Positions 50,094-60,020 of a DNA stretch of 64,000 bases are shown here, in pieces. The stretch's first letter is position 1. Every line of letters begins with the position of its first letter. The notes under the pieces are model-generated. The model had not been told where the DNA came from and did no database searches. It saw only the letters and a program-made list of their open reading frames with translations. This DNA is from Candidatus Nanoarchaeia archaeon. Lineage in GTDB: Archaea > Nanobdellota > Nanobdellia > SCGC-AAA011-G17 > JACPNG01. The position numbers and the translations under genes were made by a program. Location of the stretch: positions 2,147 through 66,146 of the forward strand of contig JAQTMY010000001.1 of assembly GCA_028714095.1 (NCBI GenBank), in the 5' to 3' direction.

Positions 50094-50237
50094 ATGGCAA
50101 AAAATGAAAAAGTAAAAAAATTTTTATTGGAAGTTCCGGAAGAAATCTGGAATAAATGGAAAGACAAGGTTCCTCGTTCTGTATCTTTGAATAAAGCATT
50201 AATTGAATTGCTAAAAAAAGAGGGGGAGAAAAAATGA
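50094..50237 (+). CDS. small (47 aa) ribbon-helix-helix-like protein, not in ORF track
   Basis: MAKNEKVKKFLLEVPEEIWNKWKDKVPRSVSLNKALIELLKKEGEKK. ATGA overlap with the next gene. Confidence 0.3.
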   Translation: MAKNEKVKKFLLEVPEEIWNKWKDKVPRSVSLNKALIELLKKEGEKK

Positions 50238-50992
50238 AAAAGTTCTTCTTATTTGCTCTTGTTGGAATTTTCTTTATGTTATCTTTTAGTTTTGTATCCG
50301 CAGCACGCCTCCCGACAGTCGGAGGAGATGAGGGTGTTTGGGGAACGGTGTTGAATGATTATCTAAATGTTTCATTAAATGAATCAGGAGAAATCCGTCC
50401 AGCTAATCTAACTTTCGCGCAAAAAGTAACTTTTGCTTTTGGAGAAATTATAGACAATGTTGTTGATGGATGGATTACTATCACTGGAAATTTGAAAGTA
50501 ACCGAAGATGCGGTCATTAATAAAAGTTTGAATGTTACTGAAAACATAAATGCAGAAGGAAATATGACTGCAGATTATTTTATTGGTGATGGAAGTCAAT
50601 TAACTGGAATTAGCAGTGGCGGGGGGGGCTTGATATCTGATGTTAATATTACATCCGGAACTTATACAGGAGCAATAACTTCTGGGGGGGATACTGGCTA
50701 TAAAGCTGCAGATGATATATGTGATTCTGAATTTTCAGGAAGTCATTTCTGCACAGAATTTGAAGTAGCTACCTGGAGCTCTAAATCTATTGATGGAGAA
50801 GATGCATGGGTTATTGCAGGAAGTCCAAAATATGTTCCAGCAGACATTCCGGTTAATGATTGTAATGGCTGGACTCATGGGAGTGCAGGAACTTATCTTG
50901 GAAATTACTGGCATTTTGGCTCAACAACTGGAGGTGATGGCAGAGCAATTCAGTGTGGAACATCATTGAAACTTGCCTGTTGCTCTTATTAA
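50234..50992 (+). CDS. secreted protein with tail-fibre-like GDGSQLT motif and Cys-containing C-terminal domain
   Basis: Sec signal peptide. YFIGDGSQLTGIS is shared with the downstream giant protein. Confidence 0.5.
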   Translation: MKKFFLFALVGIFFMLSFSFVSAARLPTVGGDEGVWGTVLNDYLNVSLNESGEIRPANLTFAQKVTFAFGEIIDNVVDGWITITGNLKVTEDAVINKSLNVTENINAEGNMTADYFIGDGSQLTGISSGGGGLISDVNITSGTYTGAITSGGDTGYKAADDICDSEFSGSHFCTEFEVATWSSKSIDGEDAWVIAGSPKYVPADIPVNDCNGWTHGSAGTYLGNYWHFGSTTGGDGRAIQCGTSLKLACCSY

Positions 50993-50994
50993 AC

Positions 50995-53900
50995 ATGAAA
51001 AAAATAGTTATTTTAATTTTTTTAATACTTTTCTTGGTTGAAATTGTTTCTGCATCTACATGGGTTAATAATCCCAGTGATTGCCCTACCTCTGCACAAT
51101 CACAAACCTGTTCGGGAAGTGATGTTGTATGTGGTTTAAACGGAGGAATAACTTATTGTTATAATCCTTCTTCATTAATTCCTCCTTCAAGTTCTGCAAA
51201 CAGTACAACCTCTTACTCAAGTAGTTTTGACGGAGGATATATTTTAGATTGTGATTCTTACGATGGTTCTGCTCCTAATTGTGATAATTCTGGAAATTTT
51301 TGGTGTGATAGAAGTGAAACTTGTTATTCAACAGCATATAGAAATACTTTGTGCACAGCAGACACATGGGAAACAGCTACTTGCGGAACATGTAGGACTG
51401 GATATTTTGATTGTTACGGTGACACTAACTGTGAAAGCACATCAACTTCAGATTGCCAAGGCAGTAATAATAATCATTACAGTACCGGAACATGCAATAC
51501 AGATTTAAGTGGAGGCGCTTCAGGAACCTGTGTTTGTGATACAAATTATTATGCATGCGACGGAAGTGAAACAGATTTAGATGGCTGTGAAATCCATACA
51601 GGAAGTTCATGTTCATTAGGAACAGGAACATATTCTGGGTCTTGCTATGGTTCAGTAGGTGAATGTACTTCTTCTACAAACTCTGATTGTAATAATGATG
51701 ATTCTGATAGCAACATAGGAACCTGTAACGGAGCTGACGGATGTGAGATAATTTCAGGAGCAAGTTGTGGAAATGGTACTGGAACTTATGCTTCTCATCA
51801 GTGCATTGAATCAAGTGGAAATTGTACAAGTTCTGGAACTAGGCTTGATTGTAATAATGACGATTCTGATTCTAATACTTTAACATGTAATGGGGCTGAT
51901 GGATGCGAAGTAACTGATGGAGGTGCCTGCACTGTTGGAACCTTGCAAGGAACTTATGATGGTTGCAGCTGCGTTGTTACGCAATCAAACTTCAAAACAG
52001 GAGATGAAACATCATATTCAACAGATAATGCTCTTCTTTGGGGTTCACAATATGGAACAGGTTATCTTATGAATTTCACCAATGGGACAGACATAAAATT
52101 TGGAGTAAACAATTCAGGTTGTGTTGTTTTTCCAGATGGAACAACACAATGTACAGGAACATTACTAACTGATTTCACAAATGTTGCTTATATAAACCAA
52201 TCAAATAATTTTTCAGAAAATCAAGATTTCTCTTCAAATATTACTGTGGAAGACACAGGATCTTTTGGATTTTTGGGAAGTTTGGTTAACAGAATTACTA
52301 AATTATTTGTTATTGACATTGATGCTTCAGGAAATGTTAGCATTGGTGAGGATTTAACAGTTGGTACAAATACTTTAGTTGTAGACTCCAATAATAATAG
52401 GGTAGGAATAGTGGAATCTAACCCATCAACAACATTAGATGTCAATGGAGGTGCGCGTTTTTCAGGAACAACATCTAACGTAGAAGGAGAATTAGTTTAT
52501 AATAATGTAGGGGGTTATTATCAGTATTATAATGGTACGGCATGGGTTACCTTAACAGGTGGAGACGCAACTTTTACAGGTACATTATGGTCTCAAGATG
52601 GAAACAATATTTTTTATAATGACGGCTCAGTTGGTATGGGGGTAACAGCACCAACACAAAAATTAGATGTTAATGGAAATTTAAACATCTCAGGTTATTA
52701 TTATGGAGATGGGAGTCAGCTAACAAACATTTCAACTTACAATTCAACTTATGATATCTGGGCATACAATCAGACAACTCCTGCTATGGATTATACTGAT
52801 GAAATAAATTTAAGCTTATCTTCAAGAATTGATAATATTGCCGAGGATAATTCATCATGGAATGAGAGCTATGCAGATACAAAGTATGCAAATATTTCTT
52901 GGAATTATAATCAGACAACCCCTGCTATGGATTATACTGATGAAATAAATTTAAGCTTATCTTCAAGAATTGATAATATTGCCGAGGATAATTCATCATG
53001 GAATGAGAGCTATGCAGATACAAAGTATGCAAATATTTCTTGGAATTATAATCAGACAACCCCTGCTATGGATTATTCTAATAGTCTAAATAATTCCTTG
53101 ACCACATGGGTATCCTCAAATTACTTACTCACTTCAATATTTGATTCAGAAAATATATCAATTTGGAATGCAATAAATTCAGGCTTTAATCAATCATTAG
53201 CTGATGTATTATATTATTCAGTAAATAATCCAAGTAATTATATAAATAAAACAAATCTTTCTGAATTTACAGATGACTTAGGAAGCAGGGGATATGACTC
53301 TTTGTCTAATTTTACAAATGATTTAGATTTGTCTGCATATAACCAGACAGATCTGGCACTTGAAATAAATTTAAGCTTATCTTCAAGAATTGATAATATT
53401 GCCGAGGATAATTCATCATGGAATGAGAGCTATGCAGATACAAAGTATGCAAATATTTCTTGGAATTATAATCAGACAACCCCTGCTATGGATTATATAG
53501 ACTCTGTTATCAGTGATGATAATGACAGTTGGTCCTCTACTTACAATTCAACTTATGATACAAAAGCAGATTATCAATTTACAAATAATAACTTTAATGG
53601 CTCAGGAAACATTGAAACTACAGGAAGTATTGGAATTGGAACAACAGCATCTGCAAATAGTAGAATCAAAGTGGATATAAATAATCCTTCCGGTCCTGCT
53701 TATACAATAATTGAAGGTTATACTGCTTCTACAAGAATACTGTCTTCTTTGGTTTTAACTACTAATACAAGTAGGGGAAAAGGGATATTAATGGAAGATA
53801 CTCAATATAATGAAACTTGGTATACAGGAACTCCTTATTTCTCGAGAAATTATCAAATAGGGTATTATAATGCAGCATTACTTTATGACGGAAATGGGGG

Positions 53901-56900
53901 TGGAGAAAATGCATCAGATCCTTTGAATGCATACATGACAATAACTACTTCTGGAAGTGTTGGTATTGGAACGATTTCACCAACACAAAAATTAGATGTT
54001 AATGGAAATGTAAACATCTCAGGTTATTATTATGGAGATGGGAGTCAGCTAACAAACATTTCAACTTACAATTCAACTTATGATATCTGGGCATACAATC
54101 AGACAACTCCTGCTATGGATTATATAGACTCTGTTATCAGTGATGATAATGACAGTTGGTCCTCTACTTACAATTCAACTTATGATATCTGGGCATACAA
54201 TCAGACTACTCCTACTATGGATTATATAGACTCTGTTATCAGTGATGATAATAACAGTTGGACCTCTACTTACAATTCAACTTATGATATCTGAGCATAC
54301 AATCAGACAACTCCTGCTATGGATTATATAGACTATGTTATCAGTGATGATAATGACAGTTGGTCCTCTACTTACAATTCAACTTATGATATCTGGGCAT
54401 ACAATCAGACAACTCCTGCTATGGATTATATAGACTCTGTTATCAGTGATGATAATGACAGTTGGTCCTCTACTTACAATTCAACTTATGATACAAAAGC
54501 AGATTATCAATTTACAAATAATAACTTTAATGGCTCAGGGAATATGACCACTACTGGAAGAATTGGTATCGGAACAACCAATCCAAGTCAGATGCTAACT
54601 CTTTACGAGCAGGATGGTTCTACAGATATTAGACTAGATACAGGAGCATCACAAGGGTTTTATTATTCTGACATTATGAATAATTATAATACCAACAACG
54701 CATTTCAGATTACAACCGGAGGAGGGAATATAATCTCATCAACTTCTCACGGTTACAAAACTACAATTGGGGGTGGGGACGCTATTCTTGTTGTTTCTTC
54801 GACAGATAAAAATATTCAATTAACAAGTGATGTTGGAATAGGAACTTCTTCTCCAACACAAAAACTTGATGTAAATGGAAGCATAAATGCAAGCGGGGAT
54901 TTGTTTCTTTCTAACGGCACTAATTCTAAAATAGAATTTTATGGAGGATTAATTTTTTCAGATGATTATTCCTCTACAGCAAATGCACGGATAGCAGCTT
55001 CAGGCGATAATATTTATCTTCAAAATACCAATTCTTCAGGGGGAATAGTCTTTAGTGGAACAGGAGGTACATCTATCGAAGGAGATATTATTTTAAGCAC
55101 AACTGGAAATGTCGGAATCGGAACAGCAAGTCCGACAGCAAAACTGGATGTTAATGGAAATGCGGTTGTTGAAGGAAGCTTAAATGTCACGCAGAACGCA
55201 ATTGTAAACGGAAATGTTGGAATTGGAACAGCTTCTCCGACTGCAAAACTTGAAGTTGTTGGAAATGCAGTTACAAACGATATAACAAACTGGACTGCCC
55301 AATCAGCTTCTGGAACAAGTGCTTGGGATTCTGTGACTTATGGGCATGAATTATTTGTTGCGGTTTCAACTTCTTATCCCAGGGTCATGACTTCTACTGA
55401 CGGTATAACCTGGACTAACAGAACTGCATTTTCAGCAGATCCATGGAGATCAGTAACTTATGGAAACGGATTATATGTTGCTGTTGGTGATGGCGGAGCA
55501 ATCATGACTTCCCCTGAGGGGATAGCATGGACAGGAAGAAGTGGTGGAACAGACGATTATGTTTCTATAATTTATGCAAATAATTTATTCGTCGCTGTTG
55601 GTAATCGTGGCGATCATGAATTAATAACTTCTTATGATGGAATAAGCTGGAATGTTAGAAGTCTCCCTGCAAATAATGAATGGGTCGGAGTAACGTATGG
55701 AAATGGGACGTTTGTCGCTGTCAGTAATAATACTGGTGCTGCCAATCAGGTTATGACTTCTACTAATGGTATAGACTGGACTCTAAGAAATGCATCCAAG
55801 GTTGCTACTTGGCAGTCTGTAACTTATGGAAACGGATTATTTGTAGCCGTCGCATATGATGGGGATGTCTCGAGTTCGCCAGATGGGATAACCTGGACTA
55901 ACAGAACAGCATCTTCAGCAAGTACGTGGAAATCAATAGCTTATGGAAATGGGAAATTTGTAGCGGTTTCAATTGACGGGAACATAATGACTTCCCCTGA
56001 TGGGATAAGCTGGACTGATCAAACAGCTCCAGAGGCAAACTCTTGGCAGTCTGTAACTTATGGAAATGGGAAATTTGTAGCGGTTTCATCTGATGGAACC
56101 AACCAGGTCATGACTTCAGGGGACATAGAAGGAAATCTTTTTACACTTAGTGACTCCGACGGAACCTGCATCCACAATCCAGAAGCAGGAAGTGAAACAA
56201 TTTCATGTTCTTCAGACAGAAAATTAAAAGATAATATTACAGATGCTACTCCAGTATTGGATGAACTTGAAAAAATAAAAGTCAGAGATTACACAATTAA
56301 AGCTTCAGGAGTAGAAACAACAGGAGCAATTGCACAGGAACTACAGGAAACAAATCCGGACATGGTTCATGAAGAGAATGGAGAGTTATTTGTTGAACAG
56401 CCAAACCCATGGAAATTACTGAAAGCAATTCAGGAGTTAAGTGCAAGAATTGATGCTTTGGTTGGAGGGACTTATTCTGTTCAAGTTAAAAATGTTAATC
56501 AAGATCAAATTGGGGTCGCTAAAATTGGAGTTAATGAAACTGAAGGTTATGTTGAATTTAATAAAGAGTTTTCTGAAACTCCGGTTGTGACTGCTACAGT
56601 TATTGGCTTGCCTAGTTTCTTTTATGGAGTGGATGAAATTACTGCAAAGGGATTTAAGATTTTGATTAGTTCACCACAAGATAAAGAAATAAGTTTTAAT
56701 TGGCGTGCTTCAGGAGAGACTTCAAGTAGTGAAATAGATTATAATCAAACTCTTAGTGAAAGTTTAGAATCAAATATTAATATCTCTGAGAATGAAACTC
56801 TTGAGGTTAATATAACTATTCCTGAGGAAAATGAGAATATGAGTTCTAATGAGACTATCGAAGTCCTTGAAGAGAATACTACTTTAACAAATGGAACTAA

Positions 56901-57105
56901 TTTAACTATTCCTGAAATAAATGAAAATATTACAGAGAGTAACGTGACTTTAAATGAAACTATTAAGGTTAATGAAAATGTCACTAAAAATCTAAGCGAG
57001 GGAATAATCAATCAATCAAAGTCTCCTGAAGAGAATTCAGATACAAGCATTATGGTAAACAAAAAAGATTATCTGGAGGGAGATGTTAAACATTTTAAAC
57101 AATAA
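50995..57105 (+). CDS. giant (~2050 aa) phage-tail-fibre-like surface protein: Cys-rich modules, tandem repeats, BNR propeller, S74-type intramolecular chaperone domain, sequon-rich tail. The frame is interrupted by one in-frame TGA at 54292..54294
   Basis: Signal peptide MKKIVILIFLILFLVEIVSAS from 50995. The two track ORFs (50953..54294 and 54319..57105) are in the same frame. Repeated DCNNDDSDSN.TCNGADGCE modules. 39-42-aa tandem repeats. 6x S.DG(I)(T/S)W Asp-box. SSDRKLKDNITDATPVLDELEKIKVRDYTIK, the S74 ICA hallmark. Confidence 0.6.
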
Positions 57106-58125
57106 ATGTCAATTAAAAAAAAACTTATTTTTCTTGAAATAATAACTTTGCTAATTTTAATTCCATTAGTTTATGCAAACAGTTATGGATCTAGCACCTA
57201 CGGAAATACTATTTATGGAGGAAACGAAAGCTCTGTTTTATATTGTGGTGACGGTGTATGCAATAATGGAGAAACTTGTTCTTCATGTTCTGCTGATTGT
57301 GGAATCTGCAGTGGAGGATCCAGGGGGGGTGGAGGGTCTAGTGGTGGTGGAGGAAGTTCAAATATTACAACTTACCAATGCTCTTTAGATTCAGATTGCA
57401 GAACAAATCAATATTGCTTTAATCACACCTGTTATAATGCAGAATGTTTTGATGATTCTTCCTGCAATGTAAAAAAAGGAGAAATTTGCTGGAATCATAG
57501 ATGTGTGAAATTATTTGATATGGAAATATTGAGTTTTGAGTCTCCTGTAAAGGTTGGGGAATTTTTTAATTTTACTTATTTTGTTAAAGCTGTAGCTGAA
57601 ATAAATGGTGATGTTCAGATTGATTTTTGGATTGAGAATAAAGATCAGAATAAAATTGCTTCTGGAAGAGATACAATTTATATGTCCAGTTTTGAAGAGA
57701 AAACAAAAGCCAAAGAATTATTCTTACCGAGTGATCTTTCTTCAGGAAGTTATATGTTTTATATTCAAGTAACTTACGGCACATATACTGCTGAAGCTCA
57801 CAGGAATATAGAAATAAACATTGATGAAAATGGATTAGCCACAATAAGTCTAAATTCAGAACTAAATTATTTATCTATTTATTTTCTTTCCGCACTAATC
57901 GGACTGGGAGTTTTTATTGTTTGTTTAATTTTCTATTTGGAAAGAAAGAAAATAAAAAAAGGACTAATAAAAGAAGAAAAATGGGTTAAGAAACACAAAA
58001 TCTCAATTTTGGTTTTATTTTTATTAATTATCATTGGAATTTTGATTTATTATTTTAGATGGGACCGAGTTATAGTGGACTGGATCAAGGAGGTTGTTTA
58101 TTGGATGAAGAGTAGACTCGCTTAA
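57106..58125 (+). CDS. Cys-rich secreted protein with Gly-rich linker, beta-sandwich-like domain and C-terminal TM anchor
   Basis: Signal peptide, then CGDGVCNNGETCSSCSADCG, a GGSRGGGGSSGGGGSS linker and two C-terminal hydrophobic helices. Confidence 0.5.
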   Translation: MSIKKKLIFLEIITLLILIPLVYANSYGSSTYGNTIYGGNESSVLYCGDGVCNNGETCSSCSADCGICSGGSRGGGGSSGGGGSSNITTYQCSLDSDCRTNQYCFNHTCYNAECFDDSSCNVKKGEICWNHRCVKLFDMEILSFESPVKVGEFFNFTYFVKAVAEINGDVQIDFWIENKDQNKIASGRDTIYMSSFEEKTKAKELFLPSDLSSGSYMFYIQVTYGTYTAEAHRNIEINIDENGLATISLNSELNYLSIYFLSALIGLGVFIVCLIFYLERKKIKKGLIKEEKWVKKHKISILVLFLLIIIGILIYYFRWDRVIVDWIKEVVYWMKSRLA

Positions 58126-58213
58126 TTCAATTAATTCTAATCATTTATTTTCAGAAGTTAAAACTATTCTTATCAAAACCTTTAAATAACCCTTTTCTCA
58201 CAAAAAACATTAA

Positions 58214-58287
58214 GGGATCGTAGTTCAACCTGGGAGAACACCAGACTGAAGCTCTGGACGTTGTGGGTTCAAATCCCGCCGATCCCA
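58214..58287 (+). tRNA. tRNA-Phe (anticodon GAA)
   Basis: 74-nt cloverleaf: acceptor GGGATCG/CGATCCC, D stem GTTC/GAAC, anticodon stem CCAGA/TCTGG with loop CTGAAGC, T stem GTGGG/CCCGC with loop TTCAAAT, discriminator A. No encoded CCA. Confidence 0.9.
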
Positions 58288-58340
58288 TATCAAAATATTT
58301 ATATAATAAAATAAATTCAATAATTAAGAGGTGAAACCTT

Positions 58341-58847
58341 ATGAATAAAAAAGGTGCAATTGAACTTTCAATTTCTACTATAGTTATAGTTGTAATCGGA
58401 GTTACATTATTAGTATTAGGATTAACATTTGTAAGAGGAATCTTCAAAAAAGTTGGAGGCCTTACAGATCAATCATTTCAGGCTGGAGAAAAATTAATCC
58501 AGGATCAAATGTCTTCAGATCAGAAATTCTACATATCAGGAATCACATTTGAACTTGAATCAGGAGGAAGCCAGACAATCTATACAGGAATACAAAACTT
58601 TGGCGACCCCGGAAAGACAAATTCATTTGAATTAAAAGTTGAGCCAGGACAAAATCTTGGGAAGGATTGGTTTACCTTGCCTGGGAAAATGAATGTAAAA
58701 GTAGGAGAAAGAAAAGCATTTCCTTTTGTAGTCACAGTCCCTAAAGGAACAACCCCTGGAAGCACTTATACCTTTAATATTATTGCATACAAAGATAGCC
58801 AGGAATATGACAGCCAGGCAATAATAGTTAGAGTTGCCTCAGAGTAA
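58341..58847 (+). CDS. class III signal peptide (archaeal pilin-like) protein
   Basis: MNKKGA|IELSISTIVIVVIGVTLLVLGL. AAGAGGTGA RBS upstream. Confidence 0.6.
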   Translation: MNKKGAIELSISTIVIVVIGVTLLVLGLTFVRGIFKKVGGLTDQSFQAGEKLIQDQMSSDQKFYISGITFELESGGSQTIYTGIQNFGDPGKTNSFELKVEPGQNLGKDWFTLPGKMNVKVGERKAFPFVVTVPKGTTPGSTYTFNIIAYKDSQEYDSQAIIVRVASE

Positions 58848-58923
58848 CTCTATTTCTTTTATTTTATAAAATCCAGGCTATAGAAACCTTTTTAAATGGA
58901 ATATTTTCTCTTACCATATCAAA

Positions 58924-59328
58924 ATGGTAATGTACAATAAAAACCCAAGTGAAGTTGTAAATAAAGCCTCTTTAGAATTAAAAAAAGAAATAAAAGCACC
59001 AGAATGGTCAGTATTTGTAAAGACTGGAGTTTCAAGAGAAAGGCCTCCAGAAGACCCAGATTGGTGGTATAAGAGAGCTGCCTCAATTCTAAGAAAAATA
59101 TATATGCACGGTCCTATCGGAGTTTCAAAACTAAAAACAAAATATGGTTCCAAAAAAAATAGAGGTTCTAAACCAGAAAAATTCTATAAGGCTTCAGGAA
59201 AGATAATAAGGACAATACTACAGCAGTTAGAGCAGCAAAAACTAATTGAGACAACTGCTAAAGGTGTTCACAAAGGAAGAATAATTACTCCAAAAGGAAA
59301 AAGCCTATTGGATAAGGCAGGTAAATAA
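58924..59328 (+). CDS. rps19e: 30S ribosomal protein S19e
   Basis: …APEWSVFVKTGVSRERPPEDPDWWYKRAASILRKIY…. Confidence 0.85.
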   Translation: MVMYNKNPSEVVNKASLELKKEIKAPEWSVFVKTGVSRERPPEDPDWWYKRAASILRKIYMHGPIGVSKLKTKYGSKKNRGSKPEKFYKASGKIIRTILQQLEQQKLIETTAKGVHKGRIITPKGKSLLDKAGK

Positions 59329-59329
59329 G

Positions 59330-59500
59330 ATGGCAATAAAATGGCTGGCCAAGAAAAAAAGGCTTGCAAAAAAATCAGAACAAACTAAATGGGCTCCATT
59401 CTGGACAGTCCCAAAAAAATACGGTAAAGGAAAAAGAGTTCATCCAGGCAGGCATACAGTTATAAAAAGAAGTTGGAGAAGAACAAAGACTAACGCTTAA
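59330..59500 (+). CDS. rpl39e: 50S ribosomal protein L39e (56 aa, not in ORF track)
   Basis: MAIKWLAKKKRLAKKSEQTKWAPFWTVPKKYGKGKRVHPGRHTVIKRSWRRTKTNA. Confidence 0.75.
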   Translation: MAIKWLAKKKRLAKKSEQTKWAPFWTVPKKYGKGKRVHPGRHTVIKRSWRRTKTNA

Positions 59501-59502
59501 AA

Positions 59503-60009
59503 ATGGCAAATCTAAAACGTGATTATATTATTAATTTGAGAAGAGAAATCAATAAAGTACCTAGGTATAAAAGAACCTCTAAGGCTGTTAAAGCATTAAA
59601 GGTTTTTGTAAAGCAACATATGAAAGTTGATGAAGTCAAAATTTTATTAGAGTTAAATAATCACATATTCCAGAACGGAAGGAAAAATCCTCCTCACAAA
59701 TATGAGATTACATGTTTAAAGATTGAAGATAAAGATAGATCAGTTGCAAGAGTTAACTTGAAGGGATTAAAAGTAGAACCAGAAATTAAAAAAGAAGAGA
59801 AAAAAGGTTTGGATAAAATAAAGGAAAAACTAACTGGAAAGGAAAAAGAAGAAAAATTAAAGGAAGATATTCTTGAACACAAAGAAGATAAAACAATAGA
59901 AGAGAAAATAACTAAAAAACCTCATCTAGACAAAGAAACTAAAGAACCTGAAAAAGCTCATGCTCACAGAAAACAAGAACAGGTTATTGGAACTAAGGCT
60001 GATAAATAA
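59503..60009 (+). CDS. rpl31e: 50S ribosomal protein L31e with Lys/Glu-rich C-terminal extension
   Basis: …DYIINLRREINKVPRYKRTSKAVKALKVFVKQHMK…NGRKNPPHKYEI…. Confidence 0.8.
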   Translation: MANLKRDYIINLRREINKVPRYKRTSKAVKALKVFVKQHMKVDEVKILLELNNHIFQNGRKNPPHKYEITCLKIEDKDRSVARVNLKGLKVEPEIKKEEKKGLDKIKEKLTGKEKEEKLKEDILEHKEDKTIEEKITKKPHLDKETKEPEKAHAHRKQEQVIGTKADK

Positions 60010-60020
60010 ATAATCATAAG

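Noticed and set aside
54292-54294. In-frame TGA read as Trp (code-4-like) or other recoding, since it replaces a conserved TGG.
   Set aside because: TGA clearly terminates other genes in the window (26957-26959, 12875-12877, 22354-22356, 26103-26105). A repeat-associated error or a nonsense mutation is far more parsimonious.
52740-54480. Tandem 117-126-nt DNA repeats as a CRISPR-like or minisatellite array.
   Set aside because: The repeats are in frame and encode 39-42-aa protein repeats within one ORF. There are no spacer-like unique segments and no cas genes.
49990-58290. Integrated provirus with att sites at tRNA-Phe.
   Set aside because: No integrase, capsid or terminase genes were recognised, and no direct repeat of the tRNA 3' half was found at the other boundary. 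Only a low-confidence 'acquired module' hypothesis is kept.
58151-58447. Track ORF on the minus strand (98 aa).
   Set aside because: It overlaps tRNA-Phe and the 5' end of the pilin-like gene on the opposite strand. It is spurious.
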